IMG/VR virus record: IMGVR_UViG_3300037423_002034
Location: 1 to 37,134 of that record
Source: a virus
Taxonomy: Duplodnaviria; Caudoviricetes
Strand: one strand, 5' to 3'
Length of the DNA stretch: 37,134 nt
This document shows, one piece after another, positions 16,649-25,132 of the stretch; the first letter of the stretch is position 1, and every line of letters starts with the position of its first letter. Position numbers and translations under genes: made by a program. The notes beneath the pieces are model-generated. The model was not told the DNA's origin, ran no database searches, and saw nothing but the letters and a program-made list of their open reading frames with translations.

Positions 16649-18555
16649 TGCCGACGAAAGAAGTCATTGAGGCTCAACGCCCCACAAAAGAAATCATTGT
16701 AAAGACTAAGAGCAAGCCCAGAGCCAGTGAGACTGGGCAATCCTATAAATGGTGGCTTGCGCAGTCGGATTCAGATCTTATTGACCAGCTTTTACAGACC
16801 ACTGACTATTTAACCAAGATTCACCAGGTCAGGATCAGACAAGCGTCGATCTTTACGAGGTTACTCAGTGGAAAGCCGCTATATAATTACTTGGCTAATG
16901 TTGGCACTCTGGATAATAGTCAGCAGCTTCCTATTGGTCGCCCTACTGCGAATGTTTGCTACTCTTGCACTGATACTCTGGTTTCCCGCTTAACCCAAAA
17001 CCGCCCGAAGCCAACTTTTCTCACCAACGGCGCTCATTACAAACAGCGAAGACTAGCTGAGGAATATAACGATTTCACCTATGGTGAGTTCTTTAGACTT
17101 AAGGCCTGGGCCAATACGGCCCTAGCCCTGAGAGATTCTTGTGCGATCGGAGATGGTTTTTTAAAGGTTTATCCACTCGACAACAAAGTGGCGATGGACC
17201 GAGTCCTTTCCACTGAGCTTTTGACCGACTACAATGACTCTTACTACGGCAAGCCGCGGATGTTGATCCACAAGAAGATGGTGGATCGCAATGTGGCGAT
17301 GGGCATGTTTCAAAAGAGTGAAGCAGCCCTTTTAAAGGCTCAGCCGGGTAAGATCGATAACACTCCGCTATCTACCGACACTGCTTCAGATCAGATTATC
17401 CTTGCTGAGGGCTGGAGACTTCCTTCGTTTGAGGGAGCAAAAGACGGCCGGCATGTGATTGTGTGCTCTGCTGGTGTTTTGCTTGATGAGTCGTGGGAAA
17501 GAGATCATTTCCCGTTTGCCAGGGTTGGTTATAACCCCAACATCGTTGGCTACTTCTCGCAGAGCCTTTGCGAGATCCTCATGCCGACGCAAATGGAGAT
17601 CTATAAGCTTCTTATCGTGGCATCACAAGCCATTGAGCTTATGGGTGTGCCCCGCATCTATATCGATGAGCTTTCGGCCATCACAGAAACCGCCTTTAAC
17701 AACAACATCGGAACGATCATCAAGGGCCGAGGACAAGCTCCTCAGTTCTTAAATGCCACGAGCAATGCTCCTGAGATCTATGAGTGGATCAAGTGGCTAA
17801 TTGAAAACGCTTATCAGATGAGTGGTGTATCCGCCATGTCTGCGGCCGCACAAATACCTGCAGGACTTAAATCTGGCGAAGCTCAGCGTGTCTTTTTATC
17901 CACACAAGATGCCAGGTTCAATGCATTAGAACGCAGATTCTATGAGATGCATGATGAGCTTGCTTATCTGATTATGGAAACGGCAGCTGAGATTGCTGAA
18001 GAGACTGGTAAGTATTCGACAGTCTACCCAGGCCAAGATGGCATTAAGAAAGTTGATCTTCCGAAGGCCAAGCTTCTTAAAAACACCTACGTGATTCAAA
18101 GCTATCAGGAATCGGCCCTTGTTAAAGATCCAGCCGGGCGCCAGGCTCAGCTTTCCGAGATGCTTGCGGCTGGTGAGATCACTCTTCGTGAATTCCGAAG
18201 ACAGTCAAACTACCCCGACCTTGATCAAGACAATCAGCTCGCCAATGCCCAGGAAGAGCGCATCCTTCATGACCTGGATGCGATCATCGATGATGGCGAG
18301 TTCAACCGTCCTGATCCGTTCGTCCTAAGCCCTGATGATTTGGCGACCACGCTGACCGTGCAGTACATCAATAAGTATGCAGTGACTGATCTTGAAGAAG
18401 AAAAGATGCAGATGCTGCGCGATTACTTCACTGAGATTCAAAACCTCAAAGGTCAGGCAGCACCTCCGCCACCGGCTCAGGCTCCCGCACAGTCTAATGT
18501 GCCTGTTCAGCCGCCGGCCCCATCCATTTCACCAACGAGTAATGTCCAAGTCTAA
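16648..18555 (+). CDS. Portal protein
   Basis: 635 aa between terL and scaffold. LVSRL..NRPKP, GDGFLKV, FPFA, SGEA features and a Pro/Gln tail. Confidence 0.87.
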   Translation: MPTKEVIEAQRPTKEIIVKTKSKPRASETGQSYKWWLAQSDSDLIDQLLQTTDYLTKIHQVRIRQASIFTRLLSGKPLYNYLANVGTLDNSQQLPIGRPTANVCYSCTDTLVSRLTQNRPKPTFLTNGAHYKQRRLAEEYNDFTYGEFFRLKAWANTALALRDSCAIGDGFLKVYPLDNKVAMDRVLSTELLTDYNDSYYGKPRMLIHKKMVDRNVAMGMFQKSEAALLKAQPGKIDNTPLSTDTASDQIILAEGWRLPSFEGAKDGRHVIVCSAGVLLDESWERDHFPFARVGYNPNIVGYFSQSLCEILMPTQMEIYKLLIVASQAIELMGVPRIYIDELSAITETAFNNNIGTIIKGRGQAPQFLNATSNAPEIYEWIKWLIENAYQMSGVSAMSAAAQIPAGLKSGEAQRVFLSTQDARFNALERRFYEMHDELAYLIMETAAEIAEETGKYSTVYPGQDGIKKVDLPKAKLLKNTYVIQSYQESALVKDPAGRQAQLSEMLAAGEITLREFRRQSNYPDLDQDNQLANAQEERILHDLDAIIDDGEFNRPDPFVLSPDDLATTLTVQYINKYAVTDLEEEKMQMLRDYFTEIQNLKGQAAPPPPAQAPAQSNVPVQPPAPSISPTSNVQV

Positions 18556-18579
18556 AAACAGAAGAACAAAGGAGAATTC

Positions 18580-19479
18580 ATGCCTATCAGAGAAGCTATC
18601 GTGGACACAGTCTTGCCTAAATCTGTGGAAAAACCGATTCCAACCCGAACGGTGATCACAAGACCACAGCAACGGCCCCAAAATATAAACCAGCCAACCA
18701 CAAGTGTAGCGGCACAGGCTGCAGAACCAGCCCCAGAAGAATCTGTGCGGTTGTCGCCACAGCTCTCGGCGCTTGCCCGTAAGGAGCAAGCGTATCGCCA
18801 GCGGGAGCAGGCTCTTAAGGAGCGTGAGAAGGCTTTAGAGGCAAAACTTGCCGAAGCTGACAAATATTCCCAGCTTCGTGAAAAGGCTGCTGCCAAGGAC
18901 TTCTCGGCATTCGAAGAGCTGGGACTGGACTATGAGACCTACACGAAGAATCTCTTAGACCGGCAACAGAGCGAGGATCCAACCTCAAAGCGCATCGCTG
19001 AGCTAGAGGAACAGATCAAGGCCTTCACTAAGGCCCAGGAAGAAAACGCCAGCAAGGAATATGAAGAAACCGTGGCGGAATATCGGCGAGAAATCACGAA
19101 ACTGCTCGACACCTCAGATGAGTTTCCCAAGACCAAGAAAGCTAACAAGGGCGATGCCGTTCTTAAGCTGATTGTCGATTCTTGGGATGAAGATGGCGTT
19201 CAGATGACGGTCGAAGAGGCGGCTCGCGATGTGGAAAAGTTTTTGAACGATGAAGCAAAAGCGTGGGCTTCATTGATTGAAGAGCCAGCGGCTGAATTGG
19301 CAGAAAGTGCGCAAGCGCTACCTCCGCCCAAGCCCATGGTTAGAACAATCACGCAACAACTGCAGCCCTCTGGAATGGAAAAGAGGCCTGTAAAAAGCCT
19401 TCAGCACCTGTCTGATGAAGAGCGTTATGCCGAGGCACGACGCCGCGTCCAGGAGCGGAAGCAACTACAAGGAAGGTAA
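18580..19479 (+). CDS. Capsid scaffolding protein
   Basis: Acidic coiled coil between portal and MCP, with a basic C-terminal helix. Confidence 0.82.
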   Translation: MPIREAIVDTVLPKSVEKPIPTRTVITRPQQRPQNINQPTTSVAAQAAEPAPEESVRLSPQLSALARKEQAYRQREQALKEREKALEAKLAEADKYSQLREKAAAKDFSAFEELGLDYETYTKNLLDRQQSEDPTSKRIAELEEQIKAFTKAQEENASKEYEETVAEYRREITKLLDTSDEFPKTKKANKGDAVLKLIVDSWDEDGVQMTVEEAARDVEKFLNDEAKAWASLIEEPAAELAESAQALPPPKPMVRTITQQLQPSGMEKRPVKSLQHLSDEERYAEARRRVQERKQLQGR

Positions 19480-19483
19480 TTAA

Positions 19484-20821
19484 ATGGGAACTCCCGCAAA
19501 TCCCGCAATTGCTTATTCGAACTCCACGGATAACATTGCCGTTTTAAAAGAACTCTATAGTGATGACGCCTGGGTAATGAAGGACCTTGTCTTTGACAAG
19601 AACCCGCTCCTTGCTCTGGTGCCGAAAGATGAGACCGAAATGGGCATGGGCGGTAAGTCCTTCCCGGTTCCGGTCATGTACGATACTGGTGCCGGTCGTT
19701 CTGCCGCTTTGGGCACTGCCCAGACCTATCAGACCGCTCCGCAAACGGTTGAATTCCAATGTACCCGCGTATCGAACTACTCGGTTGCTACCCTGACGAA
19801 CGATTTCTTGCGTGCATCGGCTGCCAATATCGGCGCCTTCATGCCCGCAGCGGAACTGAACGTTAAGGCTGCCTTCCGTAATATCTCGAATGATTTGGCG
19901 CATGACCTTTTCGGTGATGGCTCGGGTATTCGTGGAACTTACGGCTTGGGCTCTGGTTCGATCTCTGGCGGCGTGATCACGCTCGATAACCTCGGCATGG
20001 TTTACCAGTTCGCAGTCGGTATGGCCCTGGTGAGCTTCTCGGTCTCTGGCTCGACTCCAACTCAGTCTACTGGTGCGGCTATTGGCTATGTGATCGCAGT
20101 CGACACTGGTCTTGGCACCGTGACTGTTTCGGCAAGCCAAGGTGGCGCCGCTGGGAATCCGAGCTCATGGTCTAGCTCGTTCCCGTATCTGGCTCAGGCT
20201 GGCGACGTGAACTTTATCGCTAACGGCTTAAACTCGGCGAACATGCTTAAGATCGCAGGTCTTGGTGCGTGGATTCCGAGTACTGCTCCCGGCGGATCGG
20301 ATAACTTCTTTGGTGTGAACCGCTCGGTTTCGCCGACCAAGCTTGCCGGTCTTCGCTATGTTGGTGGTCAGCAAGAATCGATTCAAGACGCCTTGATCGA
20401 TGCTGTAAACCAATTGGCAGCTCAGAGCTCGGAAGCCGGTGACCCGGATTACATCTTCATGAACCCGGTCTCTTACCAGACCCTTGTGAAGCAGCTAACC
20501 AGCCAGGCGAATTATGTAAACGTGAAGCATGATGAGATCGACATTAGCTTTAAGGCACTTGTGTTGCCGACGGCTAATGGTGAGATCGCAATCTTGCAAG
20601 ACCGCAACTGCCCGGCTCAAACTGCCTACATTCTGACCCTAAAGACTTGGAAGCTTCGTAGCTTGGGCAAAGTGCCCCAGTTCCTGACCTTCCCTGGCTT
20701 TTATGATCAGTTGGGCTTTCCGGTGCCCGGATCGGATGCAGTGGAACTGCGCGTAGGTTACTATGCTCAGTTTACTTGCAACGCACCCGGCGCTAACGCT
20801 GTCGTCCCGCTGTCTCAGTAA
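19484..20821 (+). CDS. Major capsid protein (HK97 fold, with insertion domain)
   Basis: Position, LKELY..., NPLLALV, LFGDG.G, followed by a terminator. Confidence 0.87.
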   Translation: MGTPANPAIAYSNSTDNIAVLKELYSDDAWVMKDLVFDKNPLLALVPKDETEMGMGGKSFPVPVMYDTGAGRSAALGTAQTYQTAPQTVEFQCTRVSNYSVATLTNDFLRASAANIGAFMPAAELNVKAAFRNISNDLAHDLFGDGSGIRGTYGLGSGSISGGVITLDNLGMVYQFAVGMALVSFSVSGSTPTQSTGAAIGYVIAVDTGLGTVTVSASQGGAAGNPSSWSSSFPYLAQAGDVNFIANGLNSANMLKIAGLGAWIPSTAPGGSDNFFGVNRSVSPTKLAGLRYVGGQQESIQDALIDAVNQLAAQSSEAGDPDYIFMNPVSYQTLVKQLTSQANYVNVKHDEIDISFKALVLPTANGEIAILQDRNCPAQTAYILTLKTWKLRSLGKVPQFLTFPGFYDQLGFPVPGSDAVELRVGYYAQFTCNAPGANAVVPLSQ

Positions 20822-20831
20822 AATTTCCGTT

Positions 20832-20867
20832 TGGGGGTACCAGGTAAAGCTGGCCCCCAGCCTTTTA
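20832..20867 (+). terminator. Intrinsic terminator after MCP
   Basis: GGGGG-TA-CCAG...CTGG-CCCCC hairpin followed by CCTTTT. Confidence 0.6.
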
Positions 20868-20892
20868 TAAACCAAATACCCTCTTATAGAAG
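20868..20892 (+). promoter_or_regulatory. Putative phage late promoter
   Basis: TAAACCAAATACCCTCTTATAGAAG, 24/25 identical to 32988-33012. Both are intergenic and precede structural modules. Confidence 0.7.
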
Positions 20893-20993
20893 TTCTATAG
20901 GCCCCATGTCGGACCTAGAAAACGAGAAGCCGTAAGCGAGAAGCATCACTCGCCAAGCGGTAAATCAAATCTCTGATGCATAGGGAGACCATA

Positions 20994-22091
20994 ATGGGTC
21001 ACGCTTTAGGCAATAACTACGGCAAGTTTTATTCTTTTCAATCCAAGCCGGTCATTTTAGATCTGCAGTTTCAAGTAAACAGTGCTGTTGGCGCTGGTGT
21101 TCAAAACGTTAAAGGCCAGGGCGTTCAGGCTGTGTATATGCACACCTCGACTACACCTGTAACGGGATCTCCGAATCCTGCCACTGGTATTTGCTTGATC
21201 CACCTAGCCTATAGCTACACCAGGATCTATGCAGGCCCTTGGAACATCGTATCGCCCCTGACTGGATCGGACTTAGCGATTAATGCTACGGCCCTAACGG
21301 CTCATCAGCCTTATCAGATCACGGCTGTGGGTGCTGGTCCCACAGGTGTTGCGACCGTAGCTCCTGTTGCCGATACGGCCGGAAGCCTGGCAGGAACCTG
21401 GTTTAAGCTTTTTGACGCTTATGGCAACACCTTCATCGTATGGTTTCAGGTCTCTGGTGTTGGAACGGCTCCGATTGGAGTTTCCGGCCAGCTGGTTCAA
21501 GTCTCCATCGCTTCGGGCGCAACGGCGGCTCAAGTGGGAACGGCTTTGGCCACTGTGCTCAATAACTTGTCTTCGAACTTCGTGGCTGGTGTGAATTCCT
21601 TCTCGGCTTCCGGCACTACGACTGTGACTTTGACTAGCACAAACACTGGCGTACCGCTTCCCGGTGCGCCTCAGGATGGATCGGTTCCGACCGGCTTTAC
21701 TTTTGCCTTGACGAAGTATGGAACGAACCAAAATGCCTGGCAGCAAGTTGGTTTGCCCTCAGGCGTGCCCGCAGCTGTTGGTGCAAGCTTCGTTGCAACC
21801 TCGACTGGTTATGCAACTGGTGGTGGCTCGACTGGAACGGTTAAGGCCATTAGCGTTTCTGGCATCACGGCCATGGAAATCATTGGCGATTCGAACCTAT
21901 CGCTTTTCCCGCAATCTTATGGCGGAAGCCCGAATGTGGGCGGATGGATTTTGCTGCAGTTCTTGGCTCCGACCGTGAGTACTGGTGCTTATGTCAGCCC
22001 CATGGTTCCGACTGCACCTGCAGATTTGTCCATCGTGAAGATGAACTTCCTGCTTGAGCAAGCCGCTCGCGTTGGTGGCAATAACGAGTAA
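20994..22091 (+). CDS. Virion structural/decoration protein
   Basis: SD GGGAG, beta-rich G/S/T/A/V composition, directly after MCP. Confidence 0.65.
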   Translation: MGHALGNNYGKFYSFQSKPVILDLQFQVNSAVGAGVQNVKGQGVQAVYMHTSTTPVTGSPNPATGICLIHLAYSYTRIYAGPWNIVSPLTGSDLAINATALTAHQPYQITAVGAGPTGVATVAPVADTAGSLAGTWFKLFDAYGNTFIVWFQVSGVGTAPIGVSGQLVQVSIASGATAAQVGTALATVLNNLSSNFVAGVNSFSASGTTTVTLTSTNTGVPLPGAPQDGSVPTGFTFALTKYGTNQNAWQQVGLPSGVPAAVGASFVATSTGYATGGGSTGTVKAISVSGITAMEIIGDSNLSLFPQSYGGSPNVGGWILLQFLAPTVSTGAYVSPMVPTAPADLSIVKMNFLLEQAARVGGNNE

Positions 22092-22105
22092 GCTTTTAAA
22101 AAAGT

Positions 22106-22134
22106 GGCTCCTTGGAAACGGGGAGCCTTCTTTT
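22106..22134 (+). terminator. Intrinsic terminator
   Basis: GGCTCCTTG-GAAA-CGGGGAGCC with a GNRA loop, then TTCTTTT. Confidence 0.85.
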
Positions 22135-22145
22135 AAGGGGATGAG

Positions 22146-23306
22146 ATGGCAGTGAACGGACTTACTTCAATCCCGCAAAATGTCGTCTTATCGACCGGCA
22201 ATGGGCAAAACTACCTCACATGGGATGAAGTCTTAGGGGCAACGGGCTACACGGTCCAGCGCTCAACTACAGGCTTAGTTGGAAGCTTCGCAGATCTAGC
22301 GACAACAGTTGCTGTAAATAACTATCTCGATACGACTTGTGTTTCTGGTATTCAGTACTGGTATCAAGTTGCTTCGAACAATGCCTCAGGCACGAGTGAT
22401 TTTGCCAATATCGGTACGAATGAGCTTCCGCTAACCATTACGCCATGTCTTCCGGGCCAGATTAATCTTGGCTATCTCAGGTACATGTCGAAGCTTCGGG
22501 CAGATAAGCTTTTCTCTGAGTTTTTGACCGTTGATGAGTGGAACTTCAATATCAATCAGAGCATGAAGCGGCTTTATGATCTCTTGATCACGAAATTTGG
22601 TGACAAGTATTTCTTGGCCCCACCGCTTCAGATTCCAACGGCACAGTTTACGGTTTCACAAGGCATGGCGTTTGTTCAGCTGCCTGAGGGCTCACTTTAT
22701 AGCAAGGCTCCAGCTTTTTATAAGGTGGCAGGAGTTGATGTTTCGGTGAATCCGGGAAATGGGCAATGGTTTTCTTTACCCCGCTTTAACTGGATCGATC
22801 GCAATCGTTATTCGACCCTTCAGCTATCGGGAACGGTGCAAAGCATTTACGGACTAGCTTATTGCGAGTTCGGAAACAACCTTTGGTTCATCCCTCAGCC
22901 ACAAGCTTCGCTTTATGTTCAGCTCTGGTATGTGCCGGTCGTAACCGAGATGCTTAAAGACACGGACATGATGCCTTTTTCGATTTCCGGTTGGTCTGAG
23001 CTTGTGATTGTGGATGCTGCAATCAAGGCTTTGGTGAAGGAAGAGTCCTACGAGCAGGCTGGCGCTATGATCAATGAGCGAACCGAGCTTATTGCAAGGA
23101 TTCAAGAAACGGCAGCGAACCGAGATGTCGGTCAGCCTAATACTGTAAGCAACACTCGGGCTCGCGTGGGTGATGTCAACTTCGGCTCTTTCGGTGGCTT
23201 TGGAACAAGCGGTTTCGGAGGCGGTTTTGGTTGGGGCGGCGGCATAAGCCTTGAACTTATGGCTGTGATATCAATTCTGGCTACCATTATTGGAATGGTG
23301 CTTTAG
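22146..23306 (+). CDS. Head-tail adaptor protein with N-terminal fibronectin type III domain
   Basis: FN3 signature P.NV....LTW..V.GATGYTVQRS...YLD......YWYQV, then the adaptor-like L...S..RAD......EW...IN...RLYDLL. Confidence 0.72.
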   Translation: MAVNGLTSIPQNVVLSTGNGQNYLTWDEVLGATGYTVQRSTTGLVGSFADLATTVAVNNYLDTTCVSGIQYWYQVASNNASGTSDFANIGTNELPLTITPCLPGQINLGYLRYMSKLRADKLFSEFLTVDEWNFNINQSMKRLYDLLITKFGDKYFLAPPLQIPTAQFTVSQGMAFVQLPEGSLYSKAPAFYKVAGVDVSVNPGNGQWFSLPRFNWIDRNRYSTLQLSGTVQSIYGLAYCEFGNNLWFIPQPQASLYVQLWYVPVVTEMLKDTDMMPFSISGWSELVIVDAAIKALVKEESYEQAGAMINERTELIARIQETAANRDVGQPNTVSNTRARVGDVNFGSFGGFGTSGFGGGFGWGGGISLELMAVISILATIIGMVL

Positions 23307-23747
23307 ATGCTTCCACGATTCGCCTCTAACAATTCGGCTGACGTGCGATTGGCTAAGCCCATATTTGCTGGCGATTTTTTGTTGAGAAATCCCATCAGCA
23401 TATTCTTTTCGAATATCGCAGATGATGCTGGCGCGAAGTTTTGCCGAGAAATTTGTCTCTCCCGGTCCGGATGGTTGGCGTCCCTTGTTTATTGTATCCA
23501 AGTTATTGTCTCTCGCGCTTCCAAGGAAAAGATGTTCCGGCCTTACGCAGCTCGGATTGTCGCATTTGTGACAAACAAAAAGTCCGCTTGGAATTTTACC
23601 AAAATGAAGGTTCCATGCAAATCGGTGGGAGCGAACCTGTCTTCTTGGACTTTTGAGTCTAAAAAGGCCGTAGCCATCTCGATCTTTGCCGGCGATCCAA
23701 ATCCAACAGGACTCGGTTTTTCGAACTTTCCCCCAAAACCTTTGCAT
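23271..23747 (-). CDS. Free-standing HNH homing endonuclease with C-terminal HTH
   Basis: CWIW...GYG...HR.AW....VCHKCDNPSCVRPEHL..G...N, then the HTH ISQQKIASKYGLSQSHVSRI. Confidence 0.93.
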   Translation of the reverse strand: MQRFWGKVRKTESCWIWIAGKDRDGYGLFRLKSPRRQVRSHRFAWNLHFGKIPSGLFVCHKCDNPSCVRPEHLFLGSARDNNLDTINKGRQPSGPGETNFSAKLRASIICDIRKEYADGISQQKIASKYGLSQSHVSRIVRGESWKHLKHHSNNGSQN

Positions 23748-23753
23748 GAAAGG

Positions 23754-23782
23754 GTTTTATGGTTTTTGGCTTCGGTCGTCAA
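23754..23782 (-). promoter_or_regulatory. Sigma-70 promoter of the HNH gene (likely leaderless mRNA)
   Basis: TTGACG-N17-TAAAAC with ATG 6 nt downstream and no SD. Confidence 0.5.
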
Positions 23783-23795
23783 GGGGGGAGGCTAG

Positions 23796-24086
23796 TTGGC
23801 TCAGCTTTCTTCGAATCTAACATTCGAACAATTGCTGACCAAGTGGAGTGGGACATTAAATCCGCTCTTAGCTAATTTATTGCTTCAGGGTCAGCCCATG
23901 TGGAGCGTGTCGCTTGTTGCCAGTACGCCAAGGACACTGAATCATGGTTTAGGAAGAATGCAGTTAGGCTTCATTGTGACGGATCAGAATGCGGCTGCTT
24001 CTATCTTTAGAACTCAGCCCTTTAATTCTCAGACCATCACTCTTGAATCCAGTGCCGATGTGACAATCAATCTCTGGAATTTTTAA
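23796..24086 (+). CDS. Small tail structural protein
   Basis: SD GGAGG, TTG start, LNHGLGR motif common in fibre/H-lectin-like domains. Confidence 0.65.
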   Translation: MAQLSSNLTFEQLLTKWSGTLNPLLANLLLQGQPMWSVSLVASTPRTLNHGLGRMQLGFIVTDQNAAASIFRTQPFNSQTITLESSADVTINLWNF

Positions 24087-24097
24087 AGAGGTAAGAA

Positions 24098-25132
24098 ATG
24101 CCTGTGCAAACGCCGAACATGAACCTTCAGCAGCCCATTATTGGCCAAGATTCTGGCCTAACGTGGGAGCAAAGCACGAACTCCAATGCGGATGTGATTG
24201 ACGCTCACAACCACTCGCCAGGCTCTGGAACTCAGATCAATCCGTCGGGCATCAACATTAACTCATCGCTGCCCTTTAACAATCAAAAGGCCACGACGGT
24301 GGCTGCTGTTGAGTTTCAAGATCAATCGGCCATTACAGACACCACTTCGGCTTACACGAAAAGTGGGAATCTCTTTTTCAGGGACGGGTCTGGCAATGAG
24401 GTACAGATCACGTCCGGTGGTGCAGTAAACGCAACAAGCTCGGGTATTTCGTCCGGTACAGCTACGGCAAGCTTTGTTTCCTCAACGCTTGTAGTGAATG
24501 CCGATGTGAATAAGCCTGCCAACGTCAAGGGCGCATCCCTCTTAATGGGGAACAACGTTACGAGTTCGCATTATCTGACCCTTCAACCTCCGGCTGCAAT
24601 GGCGGCCGATACGACTGTGACCTTGCCATCGATTCCTGGATCTCAGAGCTTCATGACGATTGATACGTCCGGAAACATGGCCGGATATGCTTCGATTAAC
24701 CAGGGTATTACGCGATCGAACTTGGCTTCAGTAGGACAACAGGTGAGTTCTTCTAGTGGAAGCGCTCAAACAGCATCGGCCGTCTTCGTTGATGTCACGA
24801 ATCTTTCGGTTTCAATCACATCAACTGGCCGGCCCATTATTATCATGTTTATCCCTGACACTTCAGGCAATGGATATTTCGGCGCCAGCAATACGGGTAG
24901 CGGAACGGCTACGGCTGGATTTCAGCTATTGCGAGGGGTGAGCACTATCGCTGCAACCATAGTGGCTGCAAGCTCTTCAGCCTCGACAGGGTCCATATTT
25001 GTTCCCCCTGGATGCATGAACTATATCGATGTGGTCTCAGCCGGAACGTATACGTACAAGCTTCAATATCGGGCTCAATTTGCGCAGTTCGCTGTGGCTT
25101 TTGGTGTGATCATGATTGCATACGAGTTATAA
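24098..25132 (+). CDS. Tail fibre/needle protein
   Basis: TPNMNL..P..G....W...N.N...ID.H.H N-terminus of fibre proteins, C-terminal beta-sandwich. Confidence 0.7.
   Translation: MPVQTPNMNLQQPIIGQDSGLTWEQSTNSNADVIDAHNHSPGSGTQINPSGININSSLPFNNQKATTVAAVEFQDQSAITDTTSAYTKSGNLFFRDGSGNEVQITSGGAVNATSSGISSGTATASFVSSTLVVNADVNKPANVKGASLLMGNNVTSSHYLTLQPPAAMAADTTVTLPSIPGSQSFMTIDTSGNMAGYASINQGITRSNLASVGQQVSSSSGSAQTASAVFVDVTNLSVSITSTGRPIIIMFIPDTSGNGYFGASNTGSGTATAGFQLLRGVSTIAATIVAASSSASTGSIFVPPGCMNYIDVVSAGTYTYKLQYRAQFAQFAVAFGVIMIAYEL

Noticed and set aside
20868-20892. T7/SP6-type RNA polymerase promoter (ends TATAGAAG like SP6)
   Set aside because: No single-subunit RNA polymerase is encoded, and the upstream specificity region differs.
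23244-23782. Group I intron carrying the HNH
   Set aside because: The HNH ORF and its promoter fill almost the whole insert, leaving no room for a ribozyme core. The ORF is also antisense.
22146-24086. TAG stop-codon recoding, suggested by three in-frame ORFs separated by TAG
   Set aside because: Core genes are intact in the standard code, TAG ends several genes at sensible places, and no suppressor tRNA is present.
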